Below are positions 34,501 to 43,957 of a DNA stretch of 64,000 bases, piece by piece (within the stretch, counting starts at the first letter, position 1; every line of letters starts with the position of its first letter). The notes under the pieces are model-generated. The model made no database searches. It saw nothing but the letters and a program-made list of their open reading frames with translations, and was not told the origin of the DNA. Source of the DNA: a virus; IMG/VR virus record IMGVR_UViG_3300047325_000130, positions 1-64,000 of that record; one strand, written 5' to 3'. A program made the position numbers and the translations under genes.

Positions 34501-37500
34501 CGTTTATGGAGGTGGCAGGTGCCACCTCCATAGTTAATGCTACAGCATCACTATATGGCAACAGTTCGCCGGAATCATTATCAATTACAACTACACAAGA
34601 AAATTGTTTCCTTGTAGCATTGGTAGGCGGCTATCATAATAATAGCAGCTTTTCATTTAATTCACCATTTATATTAACAACTGAATCAAATGGTAGTGAT
34701 GGAAATGGTATAGGTTACGCATCTGCAAATGCTGCAGGAACATATACTCTAACTGCAAACATAGTCGGCAATTCAGATAACTGGCCAATAATAATTATTG
34801 CACTTGAAAATCCTACAACTGTTTCGGCTGTAATTAATATACCCGGTGTGCAGTATAATGGCAATCTTATAACTTCTATCACAAATGGATCTGGTATAGA
34901 TTTATCTATATCAAATAGCAATCTTACCATTAATACAACAAGTTCATTTAACGTAAATGTTAGTTCTTTAACAACTACAGTCAACGACTTAGTAATCGGT
35001 AACGGTATAGAGGCAAACATTGTAGAAACCGTTGCATCATCGCCTATTATTATTCAATCAAACGGTGGGTCAAACACAACATTAACCTTTGCATCATCGC
35101 CTACTATTAGTAACTATGCACTATTCATTGTTTTCTGGGTCCCTGGGGTAGCAGCTAGCGCTCCTGCACCGTCTGCAGGATTAACATTAATTGGTACTGC
35201 TACTATACCAGGAGGACAAGCAAATGTGTATGGCGGAGTAATAACTTCTAATTCAACATCAGCATTATCTGTAAATTACAACGGGTCTGGTTCATGTTTT
35301 GAAATAGAGAATGTAAGAAATGTTACAACTCCAACTGCTGATAATTGGACACAAACAGGCAGTTCGCCGGCGTACACATTAAGTTTTACCATTCCTACAA
35401 ATACACAAAATTCAATAGTGTTCTTTATCGGCGAACTTTATAATGGTAGTCAAGCAGGCAATACTCCTACTATAACAAATCTTCTTCCAATCGGAAGCAC
35501 AATTGATTATAATATATATAACAATTCAAACGAATGCTATCAACAAGGACATACTCCGGTATTAACGAATACCGAAAATGTTATTATTAGTATGATAGAA
35601 AATAATGATATTATGGGTGCAAGCCGGCCGGGAATTATTTACTTTATGGTTGAAGGTGTCACAGTATCAAAAACTGATCTAGAAATTTCTGTACCTTATA
35701 TGACTGCAGAGCAATCAGGTAATTTGTTAGGGTCATTCACAACATTAAACTTAGGAAATCAGTTAACTGGTGCTGTAAATGGTAATGTATTAACGGTTTC
35801 CGGATCTAATCTAACATTAACCGATGGTGTTTTTGATATTGTTAATCCGTCAATACTAACTGTTAAAAACTTAAATCTATCATCTACCTTTATACCAAAA
35901 ACAATTTCAATCGTGCAATCTGCAGGATTGCCATATGGTAGCAGTTCAAGCGGAAGTGTTACATTAGGAACTATTCCTACCGAAAATAATTTGGTTATTA
36001 TGTCGTATATGGGATCTGGTGCGTTTAGTGGATTCTTAGGTACATTACAAGTATCTGGTAGTGATTACGGAATATATACCTGGATAGCCGACGGCGTAAC
36101 AAACCCAACAGCATATGTATCCGGTAGCAATAATGGCGTTATAGCTATAGTAGAAATAGCAAATGCTGGTATAATATCTACTACATCTGGTACAAATACC
36201 AGCTTAGCAGGCGGATCATTGGGTTATGAAAATAATTTCACATTACCTACAACTACATTAGCAAATTCGTTTGTATTATGGTTAGACGGTTTTGCAGAAC
36301 CCGGATTCAATGAAAATGCAACTTCTAATTTATCAAATTCAACTTTGCTTTCTGTAAACGGGCCAGGTAATTATACGGTATTCTCAGCAGGATGTGGATA
36401 TACTAATACAGCCGGTAGTACTGTATTAACACTTTCAACCCAACAAAATGTGACAGGTAATCCGTTTGCTGCAATCGTAATTCAACCTGCATATACTACA
36501 TCATCTGATGTATCAATCGAACCAAATATACCAATTTTACAAAGTGGTAATGTTATTGGTAATGCAACGACATTTGGTACAGGGTACGGTCTTACTGCTA
36601 ATGTGACAAATGGTATTGCTACATTTGCAACCGATCTTCCGACATTAATGGTAACTGACGGCGTTTCAATTCTACCAGATATAACAACTATAAAAGTACA
36701 AAATTTAAATTTAGAGAGTATTGGTACATTACCAGAGATTGTTCAATTAACTGGTGCATCAACCGGAATGTTAACACTTCCATCGACTGCGACAATAGGT
36801 AATTACTTAGTAATTATTATCGCATCTGGTGTTGGCTCAAGTATGCCATCTGTTCCGGCAGCATATCAAAATTTAACGGAATTTGATAATAATTCTCAGG
36901 GAGTATCAATTGCAATATTTGGTGGTATAATTACAGATGATAATACATCAGTTGATTTAGGATCAAATTCTGATTACAGTGCTTCGATATACGAAATTTC
37001 TAATGTAAGTGCAGTTTATGCAACTTCTGGTAACCCGCTATATTCAAACGGCGGATATTCGTTCCCATCTTCAAATTTTACTATGCCCGGTATAGCAATA
37101 TTTGCAACACATATTGCCGGCGGAACGTCGGTATCAAACATAATACCGACCGGCGCAATATCGGATGGATCATGGTTTAATTCGCACTCTAATCAGGAGG
37201 CTTTTCATACCGGAGGAATTACTGGCGGAATTGTAACATTAGGTTATACCGGCAATAACCCAGAAAATATTAATGCGTATGCGCAAATTTCAATTTTTGG
37301 TACATCTGGTGGCGGAGTTCAATTAACTGCACCAAGCTTGTCATTTAATAGTAATGTTTTTCAAAATGTAACAAATATTAACTTTGTAAGTCCCGTTGCG
37401 AATACAGTAGTTATGGAAGGCGGTAATGTAACTGTTAACTTGCCGGCTCCTTTGGCATTTGCTGGGAAATATTCGTCTGACCTTGGGCCAAATGGAGCAA

Positions 37501-38846
37501 ACACTCGAGCAATTGGCACAACCTACACAAACACTACAAGTTCAGCCATTTTTGTTTCTGTTATAGTTAACAATGGTGGTACTATCGGCACCGGCGCCCA
37601 AGTTTCAATAAACGGTGTCGCAATACCGATGCTATGGCAAAGCGAAATAAATTCACCAACATATCGCGGCTCTTTGGTATTTCTGGTTGATCCAAACGAT
37701 GAATATAAAGTTGATGTCGCAGCTGGTTATCCTTCGGGCGTAGTTGTCGAGTCTTGGAGCGAACGCCCTATCTCCAACGGCCTAACCCAGGGCGGTGCAA
37801 TTGAACTTGTTAGCGTGCAAAATATAACCAACGAAGGATCGATTATATTCCCAATTGAGCCCGGATATGATTATAAAATAGTTGGGCATGGTGTAAGTGC
37901 AAGTACAACAAATGTGTTGGCCGTACAAATGGGCAATGGCTCGCCGGTAACATGGGATTCTTCATCTAATTATTACTGGCAAAATACTTCAGCAGGAGGA
38001 TCAGACGGTGGTGGCCCTACCGGAAGTATTGTAATTTCTGGTGCATTTGCTTCTGGGGCCAGTGCTGCTATCTCATTAGACTTCACTGGTTTAAACACCA
38101 ATGCTACTGGCGGATATGACGTTATTATGGATGGTATCTTTTCATTCCAGAGTCATAAAATCACAGGGTATTATAACTGTTCGGTAGGTAGCACGTCAGC
38201 CATACAACTTTATGTATCTGCTGGCACAATCAGCGGCAACTTCTACCTCTATCGCCGCTCGCTTACAAATGTTGTAGCTGGTAATAATTCACCTTACACA
38301 ATGCCTTTATTGGGCAATAATTTCACAATCGCCAATCAACCAGCAGGTGCGACCGCAGCAAACAGTTCGACCGGAATTTCGATGTTTACCCCAACGAACG
38401 GTAGGGCGCTGCTTGCACTTTTAGACAATACTGCGGTTGGTGCGACGGCTACTATTGAGTTAGGAATTAATTTTCAAAATGCCAATAATGATGCAATCAT
38501 GGGACTATATTTAATTGACAGCGACAACAAAGTAATAATTTTTGGTCCAGATAGTAACCCGACTGTAAATTCTTTAGGTCTTGTGGCATATTGGGATGGG
38601 TATTCAAATTATGCTGGAACCATTTCCTTCAGTGCGGGCTCTTACACCGCGCCAACTTTTTTAAAAATTGTGTATAATGGAACTTCGCTAAGTTTTTATG
38701 CCGGTAATGATCTTAACGCAATGCTTCCATTACATACGGAGTCGTCTACCGCGTATCTCGGTACAATTATCGGTTGTGGTATTTTTCAAGAGGCTGAAAG
38801 CGGACCAATTGCCGGTACTGCATTTCATTATAACCATACAAGTTAA
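25533..38846 (+). CDS. Giant 4437-aa mosaic fibre: ~780-aa collagen stalk plus LamG, C1q-like and other beta-sandwich modules
   Basis: Uninterrupted 13.3-kb ORF after TAAATA (25501); Gly-X-Y repeats; LamG motifs ([19 protein letters not shown]); C1q-like motifs ([25 protein letters not shown]). Confidence 0.85.
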   Translation: MVKIISDDPSSVLQVEGAVELGAAASEGILFPDGTRQITAATGSGGGGGGKSGTGPTGPRGAPGPTGPAGGGGGGGSGTGPTGPTGPGGSLGNGEAVLIQTSPIFNDNNNGAMNIVLTQTPVANNIILAVGVCAAGGYIDAPTTFTQVSLAVQPNGLQVYVWKRRVEIGDTTNIVTFAASHQSQAQAFEYSGVGNFQVSIASGVDTISQGNVGVVLPGYIANVNLPTRLVSIFGPNLDNAQPQLSTGLEVFTKLYLTQLSGLFSIAQIENLDTIPATVSFNGVTSGGNLINSAYLWKMIIDIEPYGTSLTSLGDVVLPPNPAPGNVLAFGSDLNWHSKSLSLEDANDVVINDLSNGQILAWDASTGVWHNVPPVGATGAQGVTGPTGAQGTAGPMGTPGSATNTGATGPQGVQGIVGPTGPTGVAGTAVNTGATGPTGYTGPQGVTGPQGDDGQPGTAANTGATGPTGPQGFSITGPTGTPGTAVNTGSTGAIGPQGPTGNTGPTGAAGAAANTGSTGPTGPQGNTIIGPTGAPGTPGTAVNTGATGPTGAPGQNGSTGPQGIPGTATNTGAQGPTGPAGQNGINGQNGAQGPTGLPGTATNTGATGATGPQGLIGPTGATGIPGTAVNTGATGPTGPLGIQGNTGPASTVTGPTGIQGATGPTGTQGIPGYATNTGATGPTGLQGIQGNTGPTGIPGIATNTGATGPIGNTGPTGYTGPLGPTGFIGETGDRGPTGYTGPTGVPGSATNTGATGPVGSQGPTGYTGATGAGATGPQGNTGPTGVTGPQGIVGGIGQTGATGPQGATGATGSAGTNGVTGPTGVAGTAVNTGATGPIGRTGATGAASIVTGPTGVTGATGPQGIQGPVGIGITGAQGSQGATGPTGYNGSDGATGPTGVPGSATNTGATGATGATGAAGTNGYTGPTGAQGTPGSATNTGATGPTGTAGQTGATGPTGVGATGVTGPAGSQGTAGVTGATGPTGVAGIATNTGATGPQGATGATGSAGTNGVTGPTGVAGTAVNTGATGPQGDIGPTGTQGPTGVTGAASTITGPTGVTGPTGNDGSATNTGATGPQGDIGPTGVTGPTGSAGTAANTGATGPTGVTGPTGIGATGATGAQSTVTGPTGYTGPSGVQGPTGQAGTLGVTGPTGLPGQNGILLSNVQIQTLTGDGSTTTFTMPFTPASANNLLVDIDGLAQTANVAFTTNANSITFASAPALNSNIAITNLVLGDAESNFIEVQANNVVLTNNLSVLNFRDGFSVTNTNGDIIIDSLGSGGILYEPGIPLINATLGTIYSRTDATPGARVFVAQSGGTAPLSTLQQTDGAVHLYLLNDSTSTAVDIGSSPANGTYVNNYIQHYPSVVKDEDYCTYMNNGYVVLPFSNPPVNATTGAFTFEFVFNANVLANSFILNSSHTDTTGTGFRLYTSGSYIGFNPVFTGAPGFQQLGANYNVNTTYHLAITYDGSYCKFYLNGIMMQEVPITGTLTGGTSDIGFGTGDTVGVGNYPFYAYVQNLAFYNVALTATQVSNHAESVTEAGTQWQPVSSIDLQINGSDQGQVTAINFIGTSNISVLDGIANVSIGSGGAGAANITVSSNGNVLTNSVKTLDFINGFDVTTDGSGNVFINATSVGNYQSPVTLDVSANSGQTIGNGFTTVGLPNVNTDTNNGWNTSTNLYTIPITGTYLIISKLRFTDGVTSGVSYGQGVNNNNNIDGSWFQWFETNPERNGSLNVRVLYCTAGEQINMYAYSNDSFEISAAELNILLIASSAGLSNITIESNNNVIGYANTFNFGSGFNVTVSNNIVNVNSIGGSSIGCAGGGILASNNFIVKQPKVVQTASARILSNTPTCTFPAATTPGNMVVCLIMCASDTAVWSPYGFTVDYSGIAAGASSGGYYTGLPTYAQNMYLGHSFVTSTNTLMSVSSNGGFSDCGLMIIAEVENAVGLDFDVFAFSSTSANTASITAVANSYQGIGGDIIIGAEWDTAVAGAISTTATNAVNTIYDVPSGSSGNHFGVSAYTTLQAAQSIPITVTTNSNVEAPYMVVVKPIPGYGTLSITPTGLYNRPSLSSFTWLNQGTATAVDHSGGPLSILAPSVAGPSSNYRLLIQPIPGTIFSLIAEIGSESPNISYNVNGIYIYDSNSGKLAGLEYIRNAGEFTIEYLNSATSYNSAPASLLYSNQESFWYKINCDGTNLTYWVSSDGWDWLLLYTSSMTAFLPAITHVGFGGDPFASSSTFAQANYKLKNWSLAATADQPNYTPPVPGIGSPTKLNILQSLDFTTATSNRVQDSVQNNNAFIVNWSNSAQTSLGYTTDGSSMYIDPGPVVMGRYFFTVAIRFKTTSTTTGSSYYQDPSLYNLALNGSGYDGGITIHNGYIAHWASPGGAEVNTDFSAVSNILVNDGNFHTVVWIWDGTNIRLYIDGVNAGVDYTGGITLCYGNRPGSEVGCNPWMGRVNQNDFSTATAGGLAATFAQLRIYDHALSPADITKLNLTVPANQQSYLPSANNGSAGIIYEGTSYTTIAAGNNVTITPSGGTLTISSTGSGGGGGGGGGGSGGISTYSAGSSVSKSITAATSWNPVPDLAITIQGTGVIQNFLLSYSIEHNGSHANFFGVSLDGTVVYPQEFASSEYTFVSNLTSDSMYAFARNSLPIQIPADNASHTVKIITQVADTVSNYTIFEHFMSMISLLPSTGSTSGTPVVFGVYQSTGQNIPAQTFTKVLLDTKEFDNTSSFNLANSRFQPNVAGYYQINGAVNYPSSDSNTLATIYKNGSEFKRGSQANGTYGQIVSALVYLNGSTDYLELWTYNGSGDIAQPTAEQTYFNGALQVSGSSITYGNSSVTSIVAGNNTELSLTNGALTINSTGSESLLITNGTTNIVNPVTLEFTGASILTEGMFPSTVAPSYVQSNTGGGDSISSGSAVTIGNIIVVSFLSLGNITGVTVSDNLGSVYTSVAQISEQSNNFNVFVGKVAASGIITISVAGGPNNYDRIAFMEVAGATSIVNATASLYGNSSPESLSITTTQENCFLVALVGGYHNNSSFSFNSPFILTTESNGSDGNGIGYASANAAGTYTLTANIVGNSDNWPIIIIALENPTTVSAVINIPGVQYNGNLITSITNGSGIDLSISNSNLTINTTSSFNVNVSSLTTTVNDLVIGNGIEANIVETVASSPIIIQSNGGSNTTLTFASSPTISNYALFIVFWVPGVAASAPAPSAGLTLIGTATIPGGQANVYGGVITSNSTSALSVNYNGSGSCFEIENVRNVTTPTADNWTQTGSSPAYTLSFTIPTNTQNSIVFFIGELYNGSQAGNTPTITNLLPIGSTIDYNIYNNSNECYQQGHTPVLTNTENVIISMIENNDIMGASRPGIIYFMVEGVTVSKTDLEISVPYMTAEQSGNLLGSFTTLNLGNQLTGAVNGNVLTVSGSNLTLTDGVFDIVNPSILTVKNLNLSSTFIPKTISIVQSAGLPYGSSSSGSVTLGTIPTENNLVIMSYMGSGAFSGFLGTLQVSGSDYGIYTWIADGVTNPTAYVSGSNNGVIAIVEIANAGIISTTSGTNTSLAGGSLGYENNFTLPTTTLANSFVLWLDGFAEPGFNENATSNLSNSTLLSVNGPGNYTVFSAGCGYTNTAGSTVLTLSTQQNVTGNPFAAIVIQPAYTTSSDVSIEPNIPILQSGNVIGNATTFGTGYGLTANVTNGIATFATDLPTLMVTDGVSILPDITTIKVQNLNLESIGTLPEIVQLTGASTGMLTLPSTATIGNYLVIIIASGVGSSMPSVPAAYQNLTEFDNNSQGVSIAIFGGIITDDNTSVDLGSNSDYSASIYEISNVSAVYATSGNPLYSNGGYSFPSSNFTMPGIAIFATHIAGGTSVSNIIPTGAISDGSWFNSHSNQEAFHTGGITGGIVTLGYTGNNPENINAYAQISIFGTSGGGVQLTAPSLSFNSNVFQNVTNINFVSPVANTVVMEGGNVTVNLPAPLAFAGKYSSDLGPNGANTRAIGTTYTNTTSSAIFVSVIVNNGGTIGTGAQVSINGVAIPMLWQSEINSPTYRGSLVFLVDPNDEYKVDVAAGYPSGVVVESWSERPISNGLTQGGAIELVSVQNITNEGSIIFPIEPGYDYKIVGHGVSASTTNVLAVQMGNGSPVTWDSSSNYYWQNTSAGGSDGGGPTGSIVISGAFASGASAAISLDFTGLNTNATGGYDVIMDGIFSFQSHKITGYYNCSVGSTSAIQLYVSAGTISGNFYLYRRSLTNVVAGNNSPYTMPLLGNNFTIANQPAGATAANSSTGISMFTPTNGRALLALLDNTAVGATATIELGINFQNANNDAIMGLYLIDSDNKVIIFGPDSNPTVNSLGLVAYWDGYSNYAGTISFSAGSYTAPTFLKIVYNGTSLSFYAGNDLNAMLPLHTESSTAYLGTIIGCGIFQEAESGPIAGTAFHYNHTS
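26655..29003 (+). repeat. Collagen-like Gly-X-Y repeat region with periodic T/SAxNTGAT interruptions
   Basis: GPT/GAT/GPQ triplets; exact 116-bp duplication at 27924-28039 and 28506-28621. Boundaries approximate. Confidence 0.9.
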
Positions 38847-38853
38847 GTTAAAA

Positions 38854-39015
38854 ACGTTGGTTGCGCCGCCTTTTTAAGCGCGCCAACGTCATATAAAATA
38901 CCCGTAGCTTTGCTTCACACTAGCTACAAACGGAACAGTTGAAATTAGTGCGGAATGAAGCCACTATGCCGCACTGTACCAAAGGTACAACCTAAGTTGG
39001 TAACGACGGCGGCAG
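38854..39015. ncRNA. Candidate structured RNA (multi-hairpin intergenic element)
   Basis: Stems ACGTTGG/CCAACGT, GTAGCT/AGCTAC, AGTGCGG/CCGCACT and TGTACC/GGTACA; GCCGCC in the first hairpin can pair with the distal GGCGGC. Confidence 0.4.
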
Positions 39016-39033
39016 TATCTATCAAATTAATTT

Positions 39034-39627
39034 ATGGAAAACAGAATAAATAATAACATGGATCATCCTTTTATAGAACTAATTGTAAAAAATTTATTAG
39101 ACTTGCCGGAAGCAAAACTATGGCAAGATACTGTAGACTCGGCCGCCCCAAGCGGTTTACCGACTTCGATTGAACTTAATAAAAAGAACAGTCGTTTTTA
39201 TAAAATAAAAAGAAAGAAATCATTCGCATATGTAATACCATTAACAAGAGATTTAAACGAGGACGAAGCATTAGCAATTACAAAAGCATGGGTTGCTGCG
39301 TGGGATAACAAAAAAACAGATTTCGTAATTAATTTCAGTACCAAGGGTAAACAAAAAACTCAAATAAAGAAATTTAAAAAATCTAAATTAGATGCTATTG
39401 CTTTAGAGGCTGCTAAATTAAGTCACACAAAATGGTATCAACAACAAGTAGACGATGGTTGGGGTTATGGTCCAAAACTAGATACTACTATACATAAACA
39501 TCCGCTTTTACTTCCGTGGGATCAATTAGCAGAAAAATATAAAACGCAAAGAATTCAACAATTTTTAGATTTAATGGAAGTATTAAATCAAATGAAATTA
39601 GCTATTGTTTACGACGATCAGATCTAG
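39034..39627 (+). CDS. RyR-domain protein
   Basis: SHxxW...GWGYG..D...KHPLLLPWDQL is the RyR repeat signature. Confidence 0.8.
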   Translation: MENRINNNMDHPFIELIVKNLLDLPEAKLWQDTVDSAAPSGLPTSIELNKKNSRFYKIKRKKSFAYVIPLTRDLNEDEALAITKAWVAAWDNKKTDFVINFSTKGKQKTQIKKFKKSKLDAIALEAAKLSHTKWYQQQVDDGWGYGPKLDTTIHKHPLLLPWDQLAEKYKTQRIQQFLDLMEVLNQMKLAIVYDDQI

Positions 39628-39649
39628 AATTTAAGGCAGCATAGATATA

Positions 39650-40192
39650 ATGCATCAAAATTATTGTATTTCATCTGCTATACAACAAGTTGAGAGAACT
39701 GAACTAAATCAGCTCTTAATTAGCGGAAATTGTCAACAATATCAATGGGCTACATTCCTAAATAATCAAAGAGCTTGTCATGCTGCAATTGAAGCAAAAA
39801 AGGTAATAACCCAAGCCGAATTAATGAGAACAGGGCGGTTAAGTCAAGATTTAAGTAAGATGGGATATAACTGCAAAAATCCAAAATTGCCATTAAGTTA
39901 TATTACCCAAGCATTTGTAAATTATGTATCTAGTATTTCGGTTTCAAAACTATGGGCACATATATACTTAAGATATTTAATTGATATCGGAACATCGTCC
40001 CTTATAAAAGTTTCTATTAATTTACCATCCGTATCGTTAGACTTTGACAATAGTGATTTATGTCTTAATTATATAAGAGAACATATGATAGATATAGATG
40101 AAGAAGAGATGAATTCGGCATTAAATTGGTTATTAACTGGATACGATCAATTATATTGGTTAATTAAAAATCCATCGGAAATAACAACATGA
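39650..40192 (+). CDS. Degenerate heme oxygenase-like protein
   Basis: LxRxxxLxxDL and LWAHIYLRY match the HO fold, but the proximal His and the GDLSGG motif are replaced (QQVE, YLIDIG). Confidence 0.6.
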   Translation: MHQNYCISSAIQQVERTELNQLLISGNCQQYQWATFLNNQRACHAAIEAKKVITQAELMRTGRLSQDLSKMGYNCKNPKLPLSYITQAFVNYVSSISVSKLWAHIYLRYLIDIGTSSLIKVSINLPSVSLDFDNSDLCLNYIREHMIDIDEEEMNSALNWLLTGYDQLYWLIKNPSEITT

Positions 40193-40833
40193 CCAGATTT
40201 TTGACTGACGAAGAACAGATAAGAGCTTGGATAAATGTAAATTGTAATGATAGAGCGCAACAAATTCGTCGCGATGATATTGAAATAAAAGATGACTGTG
40301 TCAGGGTCAACTCGACATTAAATATTTCGAATGACAACCTAAAAGAAATACTGGTGCAATTTTCTTTTTCAAAAAATTTTTACTGCTATAATACCAAACT
40401 TACTACATTGGTTGGTTCTCCGATAGTAGTACAAGGAAATTTTGAATGTAGCGATACTGCTATAACATCGTTAAAAGGACCAGAACTAGTATATGGTAAC
40501 TTTATTTGCAAAGGAACAAAAATAACAAATTTTATTGGATGTCCTAATGTTACTGGTTATATAGATGCATATAATAACAAATTAACATCTATAGATGGAC
40601 TTCCATCAAATTTTGATAATATTTCTATTTCATATGATCCAAATCTGGCAGTATTAAAATTTATAAAATTAAACATATCCGAAGTATATCTCATTGTTGG
40701 CAGCATACTTCTTAGTAAAAGTTCTACAATTATTAATAAATATTTACAAAATTATGAGCCACTTAAAAAAAGAATATTAGCTTGTCAAAAAGAACTAATA
40801 GATAATGGCTTTATAGGCAATGCCTTATGGTAA
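40189..40833 (+). CDS. Variable LRR array gene 1 (divergent)
   Basis: Degenerate VxGxFxCxxxxLTSLxG repeats; shared C-cap CQKELIDNGFIGNALW. Confidence 0.8.
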   Translation: MTRFLTDEEQIRAWINVNCNDRAQQIRRDDIEIKDDCVRVNSTLNISNDNLKEILVQFSFSKNFYCYNTKLTTLVGSPIVVQGNFECSDTAITSLKGPELVYGNFICKGTKITNFIGCPNVTGYIDAYNNKLTSIDGLPSNFDNISISYDPNLAVLKFIKLNISEVYLIVGSILLSKSSTIINKYLQNYEPLKKRILACQKELIDNGFIGNALW

Positions 40834-41339
40834 AAATAGAAGAGTATTTTCAAATAGGTGATTATACAATCAAAGATGGATTGATTTCCACTGGTGATAA
40901 TGTCAAATTAATTAAAAAAGTTAAAAAATTACCAGTTCAATTCGGTCATGTTGGTGGTAGTTTTAGTTGTTATAACAATCAACTCACTTCTTTAGTTGGA
41001 TGTCCTGAATCAGTTGGTGATTATTTTAGTTGTGATAAAAATCAACTCATTTCTTTAGAAGGAGCTCCTAAATCAGTTAGTGGTGGTTTTTATTGTGGTA
41101 ATAATAAACTCACTTCTTTAGAAGGTGCACCTAAAGAAGTTGGTGGTTATTTTTATTGTGATTGGACAGAAAATCTACCTTTACTAAGATTGGTAAGATA
41201 TAAAAAAATAGAAACATACAATAATCAAGTGAATACAATTATAAGAAAATATTCCAATCATACTCCATTAAAAGAAGCCATTTTATTATGTCAGAAAGAA
41301 CTGATTGATAACGGCTTTGTAGGAAATGCAGCGTGGTAG
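40827..41339 (+). CDS. Variable LRR array gene 2 (3 repeats)
   Basis: 21-aa repeat VGGxFxCxxNxLTSLxGxPxx; conserved caps. Confidence 0.85.
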   Translation: MVKIEEYFQIGDYTIKDGLISTGDNVKLIKKVKKLPVQFGHVGGSFSCYNNQLTSLVGCPESVGDYFSCDKNQLISLEGAPKSVSGGFYCGNNKLTSLEGAPKEVGGYFYCDWTENLPLLRLVRYKKIETYNNQVNTIIRKYSNHTPLKEAILLCQKELIDNGFVGNAAW

Positions 41340-42037
41340 ATATAAAAGAATATTTTGAAATAAAAAATTACACTATAAAAGATGGATTGATTTCCGTCGA
41401 TGGTAATGTTTCATTAATCAAGAAAGTAAAAAAACTACCTTTTAAATTTGGTCAAATTGGTGGTTATTTTTATTGTTCTGAAAATCAACTAACTTCGTTA
41501 GTTGGGTGTCCAAATGAAGTTGGTGGTGATTTTTATTGTAATAATAATAAACTTACTTCTTTAGTTGAGAGTCCAAATAAAGTTGGAGGTAATTTTGATT
41601 GTTACAATAATAAACTTATGTCTTTAGCCGGAGCTCCAAAATCCGTTGGAGGTTATTTTGATTGTGCTAATAATCAACTCACCTCTTTAGAGGGAGCTCC
41701 GCAATCAGTTGGCGGTTATTTTTATTGTGCTTATAATCAACTCACTTCTTTAGAAGGAGCTCCAAATTCAGTTGGTATTTATTTTGATTGTCGTTATAAT
41801 AAACTCACTTCTTTAGAAGGAGCTCCTAAAGAAGTTGGTGGTAGTTTTTATCTTTCCTGGTCAAAAGATTTACCTTTACTAAGATTGGTAAGATATAAAA
41901 AAGTAGAAACATATAATAATGATCAAGTAAATGATATTATAAACAAATATTCTAATCATAAGCCATTAAAAGAAGCCATCATTGGTTGTCAGAAAGAACT
42001 AATAGATAATGGCTTTATAGGTAATGCAGCATGGTAG
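41333..42037 (+). CDS. Variable LRR array gene 3 (6 repeats; GTG start)
   Basis: Same caps and repeat as gene 2. Confidence 0.85.
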   Translation: MVDIKEYFEIKNYTIKDGLISVDGNVSLIKKVKKLPFKFGQIGGYFYCSENQLTSLVGCPNEVGGDFYCNNNKLTSLVESPNKVGGNFDCYNNKLMSLAGAPKSVGGYFDCANNQLTSLEGAPQSVGGYFYCAYNQLTSLEGAPNSVGIYFDCRYNKLTSLEGAPKEVGGSFYLSWSKDLPLLRLVRYKKVETYNNDQVNDIINKYSNHKPLKEAIIGCQKELIDNGFIGNAAW

Positions 42038-42729
42038 ATATAAAAGAATATTTTAGAATAGATGATTATACAATCAAAGATGGATTAATTTCTACCAATG
42101 ATGATGTTGAATTAATCAAGAAAGTAAAAGAATTACCAGTTCAATTCGGTTATGTTGGCGGTTATTTTTATTGTTATGATAATCAACTCACTTCTTTAGA
42201 AGGATCTCCGGAATCCGTTGGTGACGATTTTTATTGTTCTGAAAATCAACTAACTTCGTTAGTTGGGTGTCCAAATGAAGTTGGCGGCGGTTTTGTTTGT
42301 CGTGATAATCAACTCACTTCTTTGGAAGGATCTCCACAATCGGTAGGTAATGGTTTTTACTGTCATAATAATCAACTCACTTCTTTAGACGGAGCTCCTG
42401 AATCCGTTGACGGTGATTTTGATTGTCGTAATAATCTACTTACTTCTTTAGCTGGATCTCCGCAATCCGTTGGTGGTAGTTTTAATTGTTCTAATAATAA
42501 ACTCACCTCTTTAGAAGGAGCTCCAAAATTCGTTGGCGGTTATTTTTATTGTGGTTGGTCAGAAAATTTACCATTACTAAGATTAGTAAGATATAAAAAA
42601 GTACAAACATATAGTCGAGTAAATGAAATTATAAGAAAATATTCTTATCATAAGCCATTAAAAGAAGCTATATTATTATGTCAGAAAGAACTAATTGATA
42701 ATGGCTTTGTAGGAAACGCAGCATGGTAG
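42031..42729 (+). CDS. Variable LRR array gene 4 (6 repeats)
   Basis: Same caps and repeat as gene 2. Confidence 0.85.
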   Translation: MVDIKEYFRIDDYTIKDGLISTNDDVELIKKVKELPVQFGYVGGYFYCYDNQLTSLEGSPESVGDDFYCSENQLTSLVGCPNEVGGGFVCRDNQLTSLEGSPQSVGNGFYCHNNQLTSLDGAPESVDGDFDCRNNLLTSLAGSPQSVGGSFNCSNNKLTSLEGAPKFVGGYFYCGWSENLPLLRLVRYKKVQTYSRVNEIIRKYSYHKPLKEAILLCQKELIDNGFVGNAAW

Positions 42730-43221
42730 ATATAAAAAATATTTTCAAATAGAAAATTATACCATAAAAGATGGATTAATTTCTACTGATGATGATGTCA
42801 GATTAATCAAGAAAGTTGAAAAATTACCTTTTAAATTCGGTCATATTGGTGGTTATTTTGATTGTCGTAATAATAAACTCATTTCTTTAGAGGGTGCTTC
42901 AAAATACGTTGGCGGCAGTTTTTCTTGCGCTTATAATAAACTCACTTCTTTAGAAGGAGCTCCGCAATCAGTTGGTGTTATGATAATAAACTCACTTCTT
43001 TAGAAGGAGCTCCGCAATCAGTTGGTGGCAGTTTTTATCTTACTTGGTCAGAAAATTTACCATTACTAAGATTGATAATATATCAAACTGTACAAACATT
43101 CAATAGTCAAGTAGATAAAATTATAGGAAAATATTGTAATCATAAACCATTAAAAGAAGCCATATTATTATGTCAGAAAGAACTAATAGATAACGGCTTT
43201 ATAGGGAATGCAGCATGGTAA
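42723..43221 (+). pseudogene. Variable LRR array gene 5, inactivated
   Basis: Same ATGGTAG start and NAAW* end as its paralogs; 1-nt loss in the A-run at 42734-42739 and a 13-nt deletion at ~42977. Confidence 0.85.
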
Positions 43222-43248
43222 AGCCGGGGTTACCCCGGCTTTACTTTT
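43218..43248. terminator. Bidirectional intrinsic terminator
   Basis: GTAAAGCCGGGG-TTA-CCCCGGCTTTAC followed by TTTT, between convergent genes. Confidence 0.85.
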
Positions 43249-43252
43249 AAAC

Positions 43253-43717
43253 TTATTCGCTTTTAGCGATAAGCTCTGGTTCTAATTTAGGTAAAATTTT
43301 TGTTGTATCAATTGGTATCAATCTTGCTTTTCGAGCTTCCGGTATCTCTCTTGTAAGATCAATTGTCAACAAACCATTTGTCAAACTAGCCGAAACAACA
43401 TTTACATGTTGTTCTAGATAGAATGATCGTTTAAACGATCTACCTGCAATACCTCTATACAAGATTTGTTTTGATTCTTCTTCTTTTTTCTTACCTTCTA
43501 TAGTAAGACGATTTTCTTCCTGAGAAACATCAATTTCAGATTCACCAAAACCTGCAACCGCAAGCGTAAGTCTGTATTGATTTTCAGAAACTTCCTCTAA
43601 ATCATAGTGAGGATATGAAGAAGTATCATATCTAAAATTGTTTAGAGCTCGAATTGTTGGTGAGAAACCAATTGCAAAACGATGTAGGTCATCAAATAGT
43701 TCATTAAATGTAGTCAT
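43253..43717 (-). CDS. ibpA: Small heat-shock protein (IbpA/Hsp20)
   Basis: SYPHYD, LAVAGF, YRGIAGRSFKRSF and GLLTIDL..IPE motifs. Confidence 0.95.
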   Translation of the reverse strand: MTTFNELFDDLHRFAIGFSPTIRALNNFRYDTSSYPHYDLEEVSENQYRLTLAVAGFGESEIDVSQEENRLTIEGKKKEEESKQILYRGIAGRSFKRSFYLEQHVNVVSASLTNGLLTIDLTREIPEARKARLIPIDTTKILPKLEPELIAKSE

Positions 43718-43775
43718 TTTATTGTCTCCTTAAAAAGCGAGTTTAGTTTTTAAGACCTCTTATGAGCATCTTATA
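43718..43775 (-). promoter_or_regulatory. ROSE-like RNA thermometer in the hsp20 5'UTR
   Basis: mRNA reads CUCGCU-UUUUA-AGGAG (UYGCU anti-SD facing the SD), preceded by the hairpin UAAGAUGCUC-AUAA-GAGGUCUUA. Confidence 0.7.
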
Positions 43776-43879
43776 ATGACAAGTTTATGTCGTCCAATAT
43801 AAGTTGTCAAGTAACTTGATAAAATTTTTCAATAAATTTAATTTGATTTCTATAAATTAATCATTATAAATATATTTAA

Positions 43880-43950
43880 TGCTCGAAGTGAGCAGGTTAT
43901 GAGGCAGCGAAGACCATTCGGTGATGAGTGGCAGTAAAGACCTCAAAGGA
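43880..43950 (+). promoter_or_regulatory. Structured 5' leader of the vWA operon with a symmetric internal loop
   Basis: TATAAATA at 43865; TGCTC/GAGCA hairpin; then TGAGG-CAGCGAAGA-CCATTC-loop-GAGTGG-CAGTAAAGA-CCTCA directly before the AAGGA RBS. Confidence 0.55.
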
Positions 43951-43957
43951 CAATAGA

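Noticed and set aside
40827-43221. CRISPR array
   Set aside because: The repeats are 63-nt in-frame coding LRR units without unique spacers, and no cas genes are present.
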